This document shows, piece by piece, positions 17,484 through 26,691 of a stretch of 28,857 nucleotides of DNA. This stretch comes from a virus. Its lineage: Duplodnaviria > Caudoviricetes. The stretch covers positions 1-28,857 of the IMG/VR virus record IMGVR_UViG_3300007754_000043. One strand, given 5' to 3'. Numbering within the stretch: the first letter of the stretch is position 1; each line of letters begins with the position of its first letter. The notes beneath the pieces are model-generated. The model was not told the DNA's origin and searched no databases. It worked only from the letters and a program-made list of their open reading frames with translations. The position numbers were made by a program, and so were the translations under genes.

Positions 17484-20400
17484 ATTCGTAGGGCTACACG
17501 CCCACAGTGTAGCAGGATCCATTTTTGATGCAATCGGGTATCCCGATGCGCATATGGACTTTGCTTTTGAGAACGGGAGCGATGCGTTAGCGCTCACCGA
17601 CCATGGAAACATGAACGGACTAGCGGGACAGGTTCTGCACGCCAAGAAGATGCAGGCAGAGGGGAAGGACTTTAAACCGATTTTCGGCGTCGAGGCCTAC
17701 TTTATTCCTTCCATTGAGGAGTGGCGAGAGGAATATGAAAGAGCCATGGCAGACAAGAAGCGCGCCCGCAGCGCCAAGAAGGACGCCGCTTCAGGCGCCA
17801 CTGTCGAAGACGAAACAGACAGCAAGAAGGTACAAGGCCTTCTGCGCCGGCGCCGACACCTTATTCTGTTGGCACAAAACCAAACAGGGCTGAACAACCT
17901 TTTCAAACTCGTTTCGGAGAGTTATCAAAGTGAGAATTTCTATCGCTATCCTCGCATGGACTATGCACTGCTTGAGAAGTATGGCGAAGGAGTCATCGCT
18001 GCATCCGCCTGTCTAGGCGGAGTCTATGCTGGGAACTACTGGGAGAACGGTACTTACGACGAAGAAGGCAACCGCACCGGTGTTGATCGTGAAGCGGCCC
18101 TCGATGATATGCGGGAGACAACACGTCGCATGCAAGCAGTCTTTGGAGATCGCTGGTATGGCGAGCTACAGTGGAACAACATTAAAGAGCAACACGAACT
18201 TAACCAGCTCATTATTCAAATTTCTGAAGAGTTTAATATGAAGCTGATTTCCACAGCCGACAGTCACTACCCGAACCAGACCGCATGGAAGGATAGAGAG
18301 CTATACAAACGCCTAGGATGGCTTGGAAAAGGAACTCCATCCTGGGGTGAGGGTGCAGAATTTCCCGAGGGTGTAGAGGAGATAGGATACGAATTGTATC
18401 CCAAGAACGGCGACCAAATGTGGGAGAGTTATCAGAATTACTGCGAAACTGCTGGTTTTGATTATGATGACGAATTGGTGATGAACAGCATTACCGAAAC
18501 CTATCACATCGCACACCAACGCATCGAAAGCTTTTTTCCCGATACCACGGTGCGTCTCCCTGATTTTGTGGTGCCCGCCGGCACAACCGCCACGCAAGCA
18601 TTAGTTAACTATGCACTCGAAGGCCTGCGCCAAAAAGGGCTTAACGAAAACCCAGAATACTTGGCGAGACTAAAGCGAGAACTAGATGTAATTGATGATC
18701 GTGGGTTTTCCAAGTATTTCTTGACCATGAAGGCTATTGCTGACGAAGCCACCAAAGGAATGCTCGCTGGCCCGGGCCGAGGGTCAGCCGCGGGTTCTCT
18801 TGTGGCCTATACACTGGGCATCACTCAAGTCGACCCCATTAAGTACGGCTTGCTGTTTTCACGCTTTCTGCGCTCCGACGCAACCGACTATCCGGATATC
18901 GATTATGATGTATCCGATAGTATGGAACTCAAAGAGAAGTTGGTGGAGATGTGGGGAGAAGATTGCGTAGCTCCCATTTCTAACTGGAACACCTTGCAAT
19001 TGAGATCGCTCATCAAAGACATCTCAAAGCTTTATGGTATCCCCTTTACAGAGGTCAATAACGTAACAAGCGTTATGATTCGAGAGGCTACGCCAGAGGC
19101 TAAAAAGAAGCACGGGATTAAAGCCGGCGTCTACGCACCCACCTGGGAAGAGGTGATGGAGTATTCGGTCACCCTCCAGAAGTTTTTGCAGACTTACCCC
19201 GAAGTCAAAGCCCGCGTTGAAGGGCTGGTCGGACAGGTGCGGTCGTGCAGCCGTCATGCAGGCGGCGTTGTGATTGCAGAAGATCTAGATCGTCATATGC
19301 CTCTCATTAATTCGGGAGGGGTACGCCAGTCGCCATGGAGCGAAGGACAGAACGTGCGTCACTTGGAGCCCATGGGCTTCATTAAGTTTGATCTATTGGG
19401 ACTCTCGACCTTAAAGATGATGGAAGGGTGCATTGAGCATATCTTGCGCCGTCATCATGGCATCGAGAATCCTACGTTCGAAGATGTACTGACATTTTAC
19501 AATGAACACATCCATCCAGATGTCTTGGATTTTGATGATCAAGAGGTATATGAGAATGTCTTTCATGAGGGCAAGTGGGCCGGCGTCTTCCAGTTTACTG
19601 AACAGGGGGCCCAAGGCTTTTGTACCAGAGCCAAGCCGACAAGCCTTATCGATATCTCAGCGGTAACTTCAATCTTCCGTCCTGGTCCCCTTTCGGCTGG
19701 AGTCGATGCTGACTATGTAGAAGCAAAGAACCATCCGCAATATGTATCGTATTTGTCGGAAGAAGCGAGAGAAATTACCGAAGAAACATTTGGCTTTCTC
19801 ATCTTCCAAGAGCAGATCGCACTCCTGGCACACAAGCTAGGCGCGCTGACTCTTGACGAGGGCAACATGCTCCGCAAGGTTTTGACCAAGAAAGGTACAG
19901 GCAAAGGCGGCATTAAGACTAAGCTTCGTGTTAAATTTGTTGATGGGTGTGTTTCCAACGGGATCGCTCGGGATGCAGCCGAAGCGCTGTGGGATAAGTT
20001 TGAATATTTCTCCGGCTATGGCTTTAACAAGTCGCATGCCGTTAGCTATAGTATTATCTCTTATCAGTGTGCGTGGCTATGGAATTATTATCCTTCTGAG
20101 TGGATGGCCGCCTTCTTGGACAAAGAGCCCGAGAGCAGAAAAGAAAAAGCCATCAACATCGCAAAGAAGTACGGCTTTCAAATTGAGCCATTGGATATCA
20201 ACAAGTCAGGCACCGTCTGGGAGATTAGTGCCGATGGCAAGACCCTTATTCAGCCGCTGACTTCTATTAAGGGACTCGGGATGGCCGCAATCGAACAGAT
20301 TCTAAACCATCGACCTTTTAAGAACGCAGAAGACTTGTTATTTCGAGAGGGAGTCTCCTACAGCAAGTTTAACAAGAAGGCGCTGGACGCGCTGTGTCGT

Positions 20401-20913
20401 GGTGGTGCCTTGGACGGCATCATGGATGATCGCTTTACCGGCCGAAAGCATTTCTGGTCAGCGTGTGTGGTGGACCGACCCAAGACCTTGAAGAAGTTGG
20501 TCGAGAACATGGAGAAATATAAGCCCGAAGGAGACTTTACTGAAGAAGAGATCATTCAATTTAAGACAGATCTCACCGGAATCTTTCCTATCAATCTTGT
20601 TATCAATACAGAGACGATTGAGAAGCTACAAGACAAGCTCGTGCCTCCCATCTCTGAATTTGATCCGCATATTCAATTGTGTTGGTTTATCCCCAGAAAG
20701 ATTGTTCCACGCAAAACTAAGAATGGAAAACTCTATTGGATTATAGAAGTAATTGATAGTAATAATGAACTGACGCGCATTCGCTGTTGGGGAGTCCGAC
20801 CGGATAGGGATACGATTTTTGTTAATCGACCCTATATGTCTCGGTTAGAATATGATCCCGACTGGGGCTTTTCAACTCGATCTATTCGGCACAATTTTCG
20901 ATTGCTGGGGTAA
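17473..20913 (+). CDS. dnaE: DNA polymerase III alpha subunit (family C)
   Basis: PHP domain LHAHS, TDHGN, GVEAY, HLILLA, SACLGG, DSHY; GPGRGSAAGSLV; catalytic PDIDYD and KFDLLGL; SRHAGGV; FQEQ; GYGFNKSHA; HhH IKGLG; C-terminal OB-like region. Confidence 0.97.
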   Translation: MTIKFVGLHAHSVAGSIFDAIGYPDAHMDFAFENGSDALALTDHGNMNGLAGQVLHAKKMQAEGKDFKPIFGVEAYFIPSIEEWREEYERAMADKKRARSAKKDAASGATVEDETDSKKVQGLLRRRRHLILLAQNQTGLNNLFKLVSESYQSENFYRYPRMDYALLEKYGEGVIAASACLGGVYAGNYWENGTYDEEGNRTGVDREAALDDMRETTRRMQAVFGDRWYGELQWNNIKEQHELNQLIIQISEEFNMKLISTADSHYPNQTAWKDRELYKRLGWLGKGTPSWGEGAEFPEGVEEIGYELYPKNGDQMWESYQNYCETAGFDYDDELVMNSITETYHIAHQRIESFFPDTTVRLPDFVVPAGTTATQALVNYALEGLRQKGLNENPEYLARLKRELDVIDDRGFSKYFLTMKAIADEATKGMLAGPGRGSAAGSLVAYTLGITQVDPIKYGLLFSRFLRSDATDYPDIDYDVSDSMELKEKLVEMWGEDCVAPISNWNTLQLRSLIKDISKLYGIPFTEVNNVTSVMIREATPEAKKKHGIKAGVYAPTWEEVMEYSVTLQKFLQTYPEVKARVEGLVGQVRSCSRHAGGVVIAEDLDRHMPLINSGGVRQSPWSEGQNVRHLEPMGFIKFDLLGLSTLKMMEGCIEHILRRHHGIENPTFEDVLTFYNEHIHPDVLDFDDQEVYENVFHEGKWAGVFQFTEQGAQGFCTRAKPTSLIDISAVTSIFRPGPLSAGVDADYVEAKNHPQYVSYLSEEAREITEETFGFLIFQEQIALLAHKLGALTLDEGNMLRKVLTKKGTGKGGIKTKLRVKFVDGCVSNGIARDAAEALWDKFEYFSGYGFNKSHAVSYSIISYQCAWLWNYYPSEWMAAFLDKEPESRKEKAINIAKKYGFQIEPLDINKSGTVWEISADGKTLIQPLTSIKGLGMAAIEQILNHRPFKNAEDLLFREGVSYSKFNKKALDALCRGGALDGIMDDRFTGRKHFWSACVVDRPKTLKKLVENMEKYKPEGDFTEEEIIQFKTDLTGIFPINLVINTETIEKLQDKLVPPISEFDPHIQLCWFIPRKIVPRKTKNGKLYWIIEVIDSNNELTRIRCWGVRPDRDTIFVNRPYMSRLEYDPDWGFSTRSIRHNFRLLG

Positions 20914-20921
20914 TTAGTAAT

Positions 20922-21527
20922 ATGAACATCATCACCAACTTCAGCCCCTTGTTAAAAGACAAAGAATTTGTTGATGATTTGCCTATTGTCATTCGGGTTA
21001 AAAAGTTTGATGAGGTTGCAGCCAAAGACTTCTCAGAGAAAATGAGCAAAGCCCACAATACGGGCCAACCCGTAGTGCCTATCATCATTGATAGCTACGG
21101 AGGGCAAGTCTATAGTTTGATGTCGATGATTTCCGACATCACTCATGCACGCATTTCCGTCGCCACCATAGTGCAAGGAAAGGCCATGTCATGCGGCGCC
21201 ATCCTTTTTAGTTTCGGCAAAGACGGAATGCGATACATGGACCCAGACGCAACTTTAATGATTCATGATGTATCTTCCATGACTATTGGAAAAGTAGAAG
21301 AGATTAAAGCAGACGCAGAAGAGACCGAGAGATTAAATCAAAAAGTTTATAAGATGATGGCCAAAAACTGTGGCCATCACGAAGATTATTTTTTGGATAT
21401 CATTCATGAAAAAGGCCACGCCGACTGGTTTTTAGAAGGTGACGAGTGCTTAAAGCACAATCTCACCAACCACCTACACATCCCTACATTAAAGATCGAA
21501 GCTCGCGTTAAGTTTGATTTTAAGTAG
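20922..21527 (+). CDS. clpP: ClpP-family serine protease, paralogue 1 (Ser-His-Asp)
   Basis: IDSYGGQV, catalytic Ser in GKAMSCGA, His in LMIHDV, Asp in HADWFL. Confidence 0.88.
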   Translation: MNIITNFSPLLKDKEFVDDLPIVIRVKKFDEVAAKDFSEKMSKAHNTGQPVVPIIIDSYGGQVYSLMSMISDITHARISVATIVQGKAMSCGAILFSFGKDGMRYMDPDATLMIHDVSSMTIGKVEEIKADAEETERLNQKVYKMMAKNCGHHEDYFLDIIHEKGHADWFLEGDECLKHNLTNHLHIPTLKIEARVKFDFK

Positions 21528-21539
21528 AGAGGATAAAAT

Positions 21540-22229
21540 GTGTCTACAATTCGGCTTCGATGGCAAAAGATAGTAAACGAGTTACGTTATCTATATGGGG
21601 AACTTGACTTGACCCACCAGATAACTAAAACGACTGCCCCTGAATTCCAACAATACTATGAAGAGTATTGCCAGCGCAACAATATTGACTTGGCGGCTTT
21701 GACGGCTGCTCATTATGAAAGGCTCGGTTTGGACAATCCCAGCAACGCCTTCAAGGAGTCTAGTAGTGAAACAAGTTTGTGCCAGAACGATGAGCTTCTA
21801 GAAGATAATGAAGAGTTTGCGAACATGATGGAGGAAGTGGAAGATTTTGAACGAGAAACCGAAGTGCATAAAGCATTTGTTCGGGTGTTCAAAAAATTGG
21901 CTATGCATTTTCATCCTGACCGTCTTTCCAAAGATTTAAGCCCCGAAGAGAGAGAGCATAAGATGCAGACGTTCAAGAAGGCGCTGAAAGCATTAGAGGA
22001 GCGCCGTTATTTTGTCCTCTTAGATCTCGCGGATCAATATGGGGTTGAGACCCCTACCAACTATAAAGAGCAAGTACGGTGGATGCGCAAAGAGGCCGGC
22101 ACTGTTAACCAGAACATTATAAGCGAGAAACAGACTTACAATTATATGTTTGCAGAATGCGAGACTGCAGATGAAAAAGATGATTTAATGCGAAGATACT
22201 TGCATCAACTTTTTGGATTTATAGAATAA
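21540..22229 (+). CDS. J-domain (DnaJ-like) protein
   Basis: Internal FKKLAMHFHPDRL...FKKALKA with the HPD motif. GTG start after GAGG. Confidence 0.8.
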   Translation: MSTIRLRWQKIVNELRYLYGELDLTHQITKTTAPEFQQYYEEYCQRNNIDLAALTAAHYERLGLDNPSNAFKESSSETSLCQNDELLEDNEEFANMMEEVEDFERETEVHKAFVRVFKKLAMHFHPDRLSKDLSPEEREHKMQTFKKALKALEERRYFVLLDLADQYGVETPTNYKEQVRWMRKEAGTVNQNIISEKQTYNYMFAECETADEKDDLMRRYLHQLFGFIE

Positions 22230-22235
22230 AACTAC

Positions 22236-22264
22236 TTGACATCCACCGAATTATTTGTTATATT
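22236..22264 (+). promoter_or_regulatory. Sigma70-type promoter for the DNA-binding protein/dUTPase operon
   Basis: TTGACA (22236-22241), 17-nt spacer ending TGt, TATATT (22259-22264); AAGGAGG RBS before GTG 22289. Confidence 0.82.
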
Positions 22265-22288
22265 AATAGAGTAACAAAGGAGGCAAGT

Positions 22289-22543
22289 GTGGCCAATTCA
22301 CACGAAGAGAAAAAGAGATATGTCAAGGAGTATATTCGCTCACTGGCAGCAATTGAAGAGGCGATGGAACCCTATAAGGATCAACGTCGCGACCTGCGGT
22401 CAGAGTACCGCGAGAATAGCTGGCTCAATACGGATGAGATTAGAGCAGCAGTAAAGGCATATCGTCTTTACAAAGGAAAGTTTAACATTGATGAAGTGGT
22501 GGAGAATTTTGAAATGATTAGCGGAGGAAAGCCTACCCCATGA
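22289..22543 (+). CDS. Small dsDNA-binding protein, GapR/DUF2312 or T4 DsbA-like
   Basis: Coiled-coil VKEYIRSLAAIEEAMEPYKDQRRDLRSEY...LNTDEIRAAVKAYR resembles the GapR pattern. Confidence 0.55.
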   Translation: MANSHEEKKRYVKEYIRSLAAIEEAMEPYKDQRRDLRSEYRENSWLNTDEIRAAVKAYRLYKGKFNIDEVVENFEMISGGKPTP

Positions 22544-22998
22544 TTATACGATACTCAAAGGTGCGGGAAGGGGTTACGACCCCAACCCGCGCAAACCCCT
22601 CGGATGCGGGTTTAGACGTTTATTACTGTCCCGAGAATACCGAGGATAAATGTCGTCTCCAACCAGGAGACAGCCGGATTTTATCCACAGGTTTAAAGTT
22701 TGAAGTACCCCACGGGTATATGCTTGAAGTGAAGAATCGATCTGGAATGGCTGCAAAGCGCAGCCTTGTTGTAGGGGCATGCGTGGTTGATTCAGGCTAC
22801 GAAGGAGAGGTGTTTATTAACCTTCACAATGTGGGTTCCAATACTCAATATGTTGCGCCGGGCACAAAAATTGCACAACTGGTGCTGACCCCCGTAGTAC
22901 ATTTTCGACCGCAAGAGACAGCCACAGAGGCGCTGTATAATGACTATCCGATGACCATCAGCGACAGGGGCGACGGAGCCCTAGGGAGTACAGGATGA
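22540..22998 (+). CDS. dut: Trimeric dUTPase
   Basis: All five motifs: DAGLDV, NRSG, VVDSGYEGE, KIAQLV, RGDGALGSTG. Confidence 0.96.
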   Translation: MIIRYSKVREGVTTPTRANPSDAGLDVYYCPENTEDKCRLQPGDSRILSTGLKFEVPHGYMLEVKNRSGMAAKRSLVVGACVVDSGYEGEVFINLHNVGSNTQYVAPGTKIAQLVLTPVVHFRPQETATEALYNDYPMTISDRGDGALGSTG

Positions 22999-23480
22999 AC
23001 CAAGCCACACAAAAAGTAATGTTTGCCAGCACAACTGGTGAATGGGCAACTCCCGATGACTTTTTTAAGAAACTAGATTGGAGATTTGGGCCTTTTGATT
23101 TAGATCCGTGCGCCACCCCTTACAACACTAAGTGTGCCAACTTCTATACTCCGACTGAAAACGGCTTGGAGAAAAGCTGGCAAGGCCACACAGTCTTTGT
23201 CAATCCTCCCTACGGGCGAGGAATCGAAGAGTGGATCAAGAAAGGATATGAAGAAGCACAAGATCCAGACACTAAGGTAGTGATGTTGATCCCTGCGCGC
23301 ACTGACACAAAATATTGGCATAATTATGTAATGAAAGCAGAGATGGTTTTCTTCATTAAAGGCCGACTTAAGTTTGGAGACAGTAACAATAGTGCCCCCT
23401 TTCCCTCGGCTGTGGTGGTGTTTAGAAGTCGTCCTGATGGGTGGGCCGATTATCCGCGCATGGGAGCGTTGACACGGTAA
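22995..23480 (+). CDS. Phage-type DNA N6-adenine methyltransferase (phage Dam family)
   Basis: EWATP, FDLDPCA, catalytic NPPY, MLIPARTDT, FIKGRLKF. Confidence 0.9.
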   Translation: MNQATQKVMFASTTGEWATPDDFFKKLDWRFGPFDLDPCATPYNTKCANFYTPTENGLEKSWQGHTVFVNPPYGRGIEEWIKKGYEEAQDPDTKVVMLIPARTDTKYWHNYVMKAEMVFFIKGRLKFGDSNNSAPFPSAVVVFRSRPDGWADYPRMGALTR

Positions 23481-23797
23481 TGGAGACAGAAAATGCAGCA
23501 CTTTGCGCGCAAGAGATTGTAAGGGTATTACAGAGTATTTATGATCCTGAAATTCCGGTTAGTATTTATGAATTGGGGTTGATTTATGAAATCAATCTCC
23601 AAGATAATAAAAGAGTAGAAATTGTGATGACTTTGACCTCTCCCAATTGCCCAGTGGCCGAAAGCCTTCCGGTGGAAGTAAAAACAAAAATAGAAGAATT
23701 AAAATCTATTGATAAGGCGATTATTAATATTGTGTTTGAACCCCCTTGGACTCCCGAACGCTTGAGTGACGCAGCCCGGTTAGAATTGAATTTATAA
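23480..23797 (+). CDS. DUF59/SufT (MIP18 family) Fe-S cluster assembly factor
   Basis: IYDPEIPVSIYELGLIY, MTLTSPNCPVA, FEPPWT. TAATG overlap gives start 23480. Confidence 0.92.
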   Translation: METENAALCAQEIVRVLQSIYDPEIPVSIYELGLIYEINLQDNKRVEIVMTLTSPNCPVAESLPVEVKTKIEELKSIDKAIINIVFEPPWTPERLSDAARLELNL

Positions 23798-24055
23798 ATG
23801 AACAGAAAACAACGCAGAAAAGCGAAGAAAGTAGAAAAGAAATTGTCCCCAGACGAGCGGAATCTTTCCCAAAAAATTTTCCTCTTTGAACACTTGCCCA
23901 CCGCATGCAATACTTGTGAAAAAGCATTTGACAAGAGCAATAAAGATATGGTAACATCATGGCAAGTGGTAGTGAGAGAAGAATCAAATCAAGTAAGGCT
24001 CTTTTGTCCGGACTGCTTAGAAAAAACACAAAAGGTTATAGAGAAATATGGTTGA
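23798..24055 (+). CDS. Small basic protein with a C4 zinc-finger-like motif
   Basis: MNRKQRRKAKK N-terminus; CNTC...CPDC. Confidence 0.7.
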   Translation: MNRKQRRKAKKVEKKLSPDERNLSQKIFLFEHLPTACNTCEKAFDKSNKDMVTSWQVVVREESNQVRLFCPDCLEKTQKVIEKYG

Positions 24056-24419
24056 ACGACTATCAACAGAAGCGCTTCATAAACTTATTGAAGGCCGCTT
24101 CGAAGACACGGCTACATGCATTGTTAAATTTTATGCCAACAATTGTCATTATTGCCATAGCTTAAAAGATTATTACGAAGACATTGCTAACCAGTATGAC
24201 GAGGGAGAAAATTTACATTTTTTCGCTTTCAATATTGAAGATGATCTTTCTATTGAAGGGCGCCTAGGATTCCACGGAGTGCCTAGCATCGTCATGATAA
24301 AAAATGGGGATAAACGACTGAGTATTCAGCACCTCCAAGATCCAGACCCGCCCAACAAAATGACATGGTTTTACACCAACGATATTAAAGAATTTGTGGA
24401 GAAAGGAAAAAATGAGTAA
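24048..24419 (+). CDS. Thioredoxin-fold protein
   Basis: IVKFYANNCHYC active site; GVPSI cis-Pro motif. Confidence 0.85.
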   Translation: MVERLSTEALHKLIEGRFEDTATCIVKFYANNCHYCHSLKDYYEDIANQYDEGENLHFFAFNIEDDLSIEGRLGFHGVPSIVMIKNGDKRLSIQHLQDPDPPNKMTWFYTNDIKEFVEKGKNE

Positions 24420-25440
24420 CTCTCTTTCATATGATGACATTCTGCTCGTCCCTCAATACTCTGATATTGAATCGCGCACCGAAATTGACATTACCGCCGA
24501 TCTGGGAAACGGCCTTGTTCTTAAAGCACCCCTCCTATCGTCTCCGATGGATACAGTAACCGGCGCATCCATGGCTACCGCCATGGCCACTCATGGTGGG
24601 GCCGGCGTAGTACACCGATATAATACCATTATTGAACAACAGCGCTATATTAAGCGCGCTAGCGACACTATCAGTGAATTTGACCATGTAGGGGCCGCAG
24701 TGGGTGTCACTGGAGAATATATCGACCGAGCGACGGCCGCTTATGATGCCGGCGCAACCTTTATATGCATTGACGTGGCACATGGTCACCATCTCTTAGT
24801 AAAGCGCGCCCTTCAGTCCCTGCGAGCAATTTTTGGAGACAACTTTCATATTATGGCAGGAAACGTTGCTACGCTGGAAGGCATTAATGATCTAGCGGAT
24901 TGGGGCGCCGACTCAGTACGTTGCAATATTGGCGGCGGCTCTATCTGTTCTACTCGGATTCAAACCGGCCACGGTCTCCCCGGCTTGCAAACGATTCTCG
25001 ATTGTTCTCAAACAGACCGAGACGTTACTATTGTAGCTGATGGCGGCATAAAAAACTCCGGCGACATTGTAAAAGCTTTGGCATGCGGCGCTGACGCGGT
25101 GATGTGCGGCTCCTTGTTGGCGGGCACTACGGAAGCTCCCGGGGAAATTCAACGAGATACTGATGGTAGTACGTGGAAGTCTTATCGAGGCATGGCCAGC
25201 AAAGAAGCGCAAACCGAATGGCGCGGGAAATATACCTCTCTTGAGGGCGTGTCTGCACGAGTGCCTTATCAAGGTCGCGTGAAGGCTATCCTAGAGGATG
25301 TGGATCGGGGAATCCGTTCGGGACTTTCATATTCCGGCGCGCGTTCCATAGAAGAACTGCAGCTTAAGGCTGAATATGTTCGTCAAAGTCCATCGGGCCT
25401 GTCTGAAAGCAACACGCATATTTTAACGAGGAAATGGTAA
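24412..25440 (+). CDS. IMP dehydrogenase / GMP reductase family enzyme without CBS domains
   Basis: [28 protein letters not shown], catalytic Cys in [34 protein letters not shown] 24412 preferred. Confidence 0.93.
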   Translation: MSNSLSYDDILLVPQYSDIESRTEIDITADLGNGLVLKAPLLSSPMDTVTGASMATAMATHGGAGVVHRYNTIIEQQRYIKRASDTISEFDHVGAAVGVTGEYIDRATAAYDAGATFICIDVAHGHHLLVKRALQSLRAIFGDNFHIMAGNVATLEGINDLADWGADSVRCNIGGGSICSTRIQTGHGLPGLQTILDCSQTDRDVTIVADGGIKNSGDIVKALACGADAVMCGSLLAGTTEAPGEIQRDTDGSTWKSYRGMASKEAQTEWRGKYTSLEGVSARVPYQGRVKAILEDVDRGIRSGLSYSGARSIEELQLKAEYVRQSPSGLSESNTHILTRKW

Positions 25441-25766
25441 TGTCCAATGAGATTGATTATGGCAAACTAACCAAGAAGATTGTGTTTACAGACAACGACC
25501 ACCGCCAAGCAAAATTGATTATAAAACTGCGTCAGGACGGCTTGACGCAATCCGCTTTTTTTCGTCACCTTATCACAGCTTATCTGGAAGAAGACGATAG
25601 AATTTTGTCTTATATTGATGACGTTAAGCCACAATCAAAAGTACGCAAAGCCAAAACAGCCGGGCTGCGAAATGCCGGCACACAACGGGCGCAGGACTTA
25701 GGATTATCGGACCAGCAGCTAGTAGATATATTTGACGTGATTGCCAAAGAGCACCCCGACTTATAA
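25440..25766 (+). CDS. Putative ribbon-helix-helix DNA-binding protein
   Basis: KKIVFTD strand, helix, then GLTQSAFFRHLITAYL turn-helix, typical of RHH proteins. TAATG overlap; ATG 25434 is an alternative start. Confidence 0.5.
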   Translation: MSNEIDYGKLTKKIVFTDNDHRQAKLIIKLRQDGLTQSAFFRHLITAYLEEDDRILSYIDDVKPQSKVRKAKTAGLRNAGTQRAQDLGLSDQQLVDIFDVIAKEHPDL

Positions 25767-25848
25767 AAAACTCGTTTTTTTGGACTTTATTGAAAGAGAT
25801 TACTATTTATTTTTGAGTTAGCATCTATATGCTCAAGGAGAAAATTAA

Positions 25849-26688
25849 ATGGCTCGTAACAAACTGTTAACAGAGGGCGAGGTTAGGAAATTCATGAAAC
25901 TAGCCGATCTCGCTCCATTAAGTGAGAATTATTTTACCAATAATCCGCTAGATGAACAAGAAGACGAATTAGAAGTCGAAGATGAATTAGAAGTAGGAGC
26001 CGTTGAGGACGAGGTTCCGCTTGATGACGCAGGTATGGAAGGCGAGGAAGGCGGAGAAGCTGAAGAACTCGTTGTGGACTTGCTCCAACACATTCAAGAC
26101 TGGGGCGAACAACATGGCGTAGACATGGACTTAGGCGTAGACGGCGAAGAAGGGGGTGAAGAAGAACTTGAAGTCGGCGCAGCAGAATTAGAAGGCCCTG
26201 GCGATGACGTCGAAATGGAATTTGGCGCCGAAGAAGAGGTACCCGGCAACTCTGATTTATATCAGGAGGGTTGGAACACTCCCAAGGCATCCGGAGCAGC
26301 TTCTTCCACGAAGGCCGGCAAGCAAGACCGGAGCGATGTGGCGAACAAGGCTACAGGCCGCTGGTTGAAGGAAGAGGAAGAGGATATCGATGAGGCGTAT
26401 GCTGCAGCTAAGGCTCCAGACCCTCGCTCCCCTCGTACTCAGCGCGCTGGGAAGAAATGCTATGATTCTGACGGCAACCGTGTAGAGTGTGGTGATCAAA
26501 CCCAAGATAGCGCATATGATGCCGGTCGCGCTGGTGAAACTCGCGCGCAGATGGAAGAGCTTAATCAAGAAGAGATTGTAGCTGAAGTGTCTCGCCGCGT
26601 AGCAGCGCGCTTGATGGCGGACCAGAAGAGCGAAGATATGGCCAATCAATTGGCTGAACGTATCTTCAATCGTTTAACAGCAAAATAA
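25849..26688 (+). CDS. Highly acidic low-complexity protein, possible head scaffold/internal protein
   Basis: AAGGAG RBS; E/D/G-rich core; N-terminal LLTEGEVRKFMKLA and C-terminal amphipathic helices; several L/I-x-E sites. Confidence 0.55.
   Translation: MARNKLLTEGEVRKFMKLADLAPLSENYFTNNPLDEQEDELEVEDELEVGAVEDEVPLDDAGMEGEEGGEAEELVVDLLQHIQDWGEQHGVDMDLGVDGEEGGEEELEVGAAELEGPGDDVEMEFGAEEEVPGNSDLYQEGWNTPKASGAASSTKAGKQDRSDVANKATGRWLKEEEEDIDEAYAAAKAPDPRSPRTQRAGKKCYDSDGNRVECGDQTQDSAYDAGRAGETRAQMEELNQEEIVAEVSRRVAARLMADQKSEDMANQLAERIFNRLTAK
25960..25995 (+). repeat. In-frame 18-bp tandem duplication (EDELEV x2)
   Basis: GAAGACGAATTAGAAGTC followed directly by GAAGATGAATTAGAAGTA. Confidence 0.75.
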
Positions 26689-26691
26689 AAC

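Noticed and set aside
8532-20913. Inteins or introns in recA, helicase, RNR or dnaE
   Set aside because: Lengths are normal, motifs are contiguous, and I saw no intein splice-junction or LAGLIDADG signatures.
20922-21527. ClpP as a prohead maturation protease in a head operon
   Set aside because: No portal, terminase or major capsid gene is adjacent and the context is replication and chaperone genes. Not excluded, but unsupported.
23469-23500. TTGACA just before the DUF59 gene
   Set aside because: No -10 match at the proper spacing, and it would fall downstream of the start codon.
25813-25836. Possible hairpin next to the acidic-protein RBS (TTGA..GCAT-CTAT-ATGC-TCAA)
   Set aside because: Short bulged stem, too weak to call as a regulatory structure.
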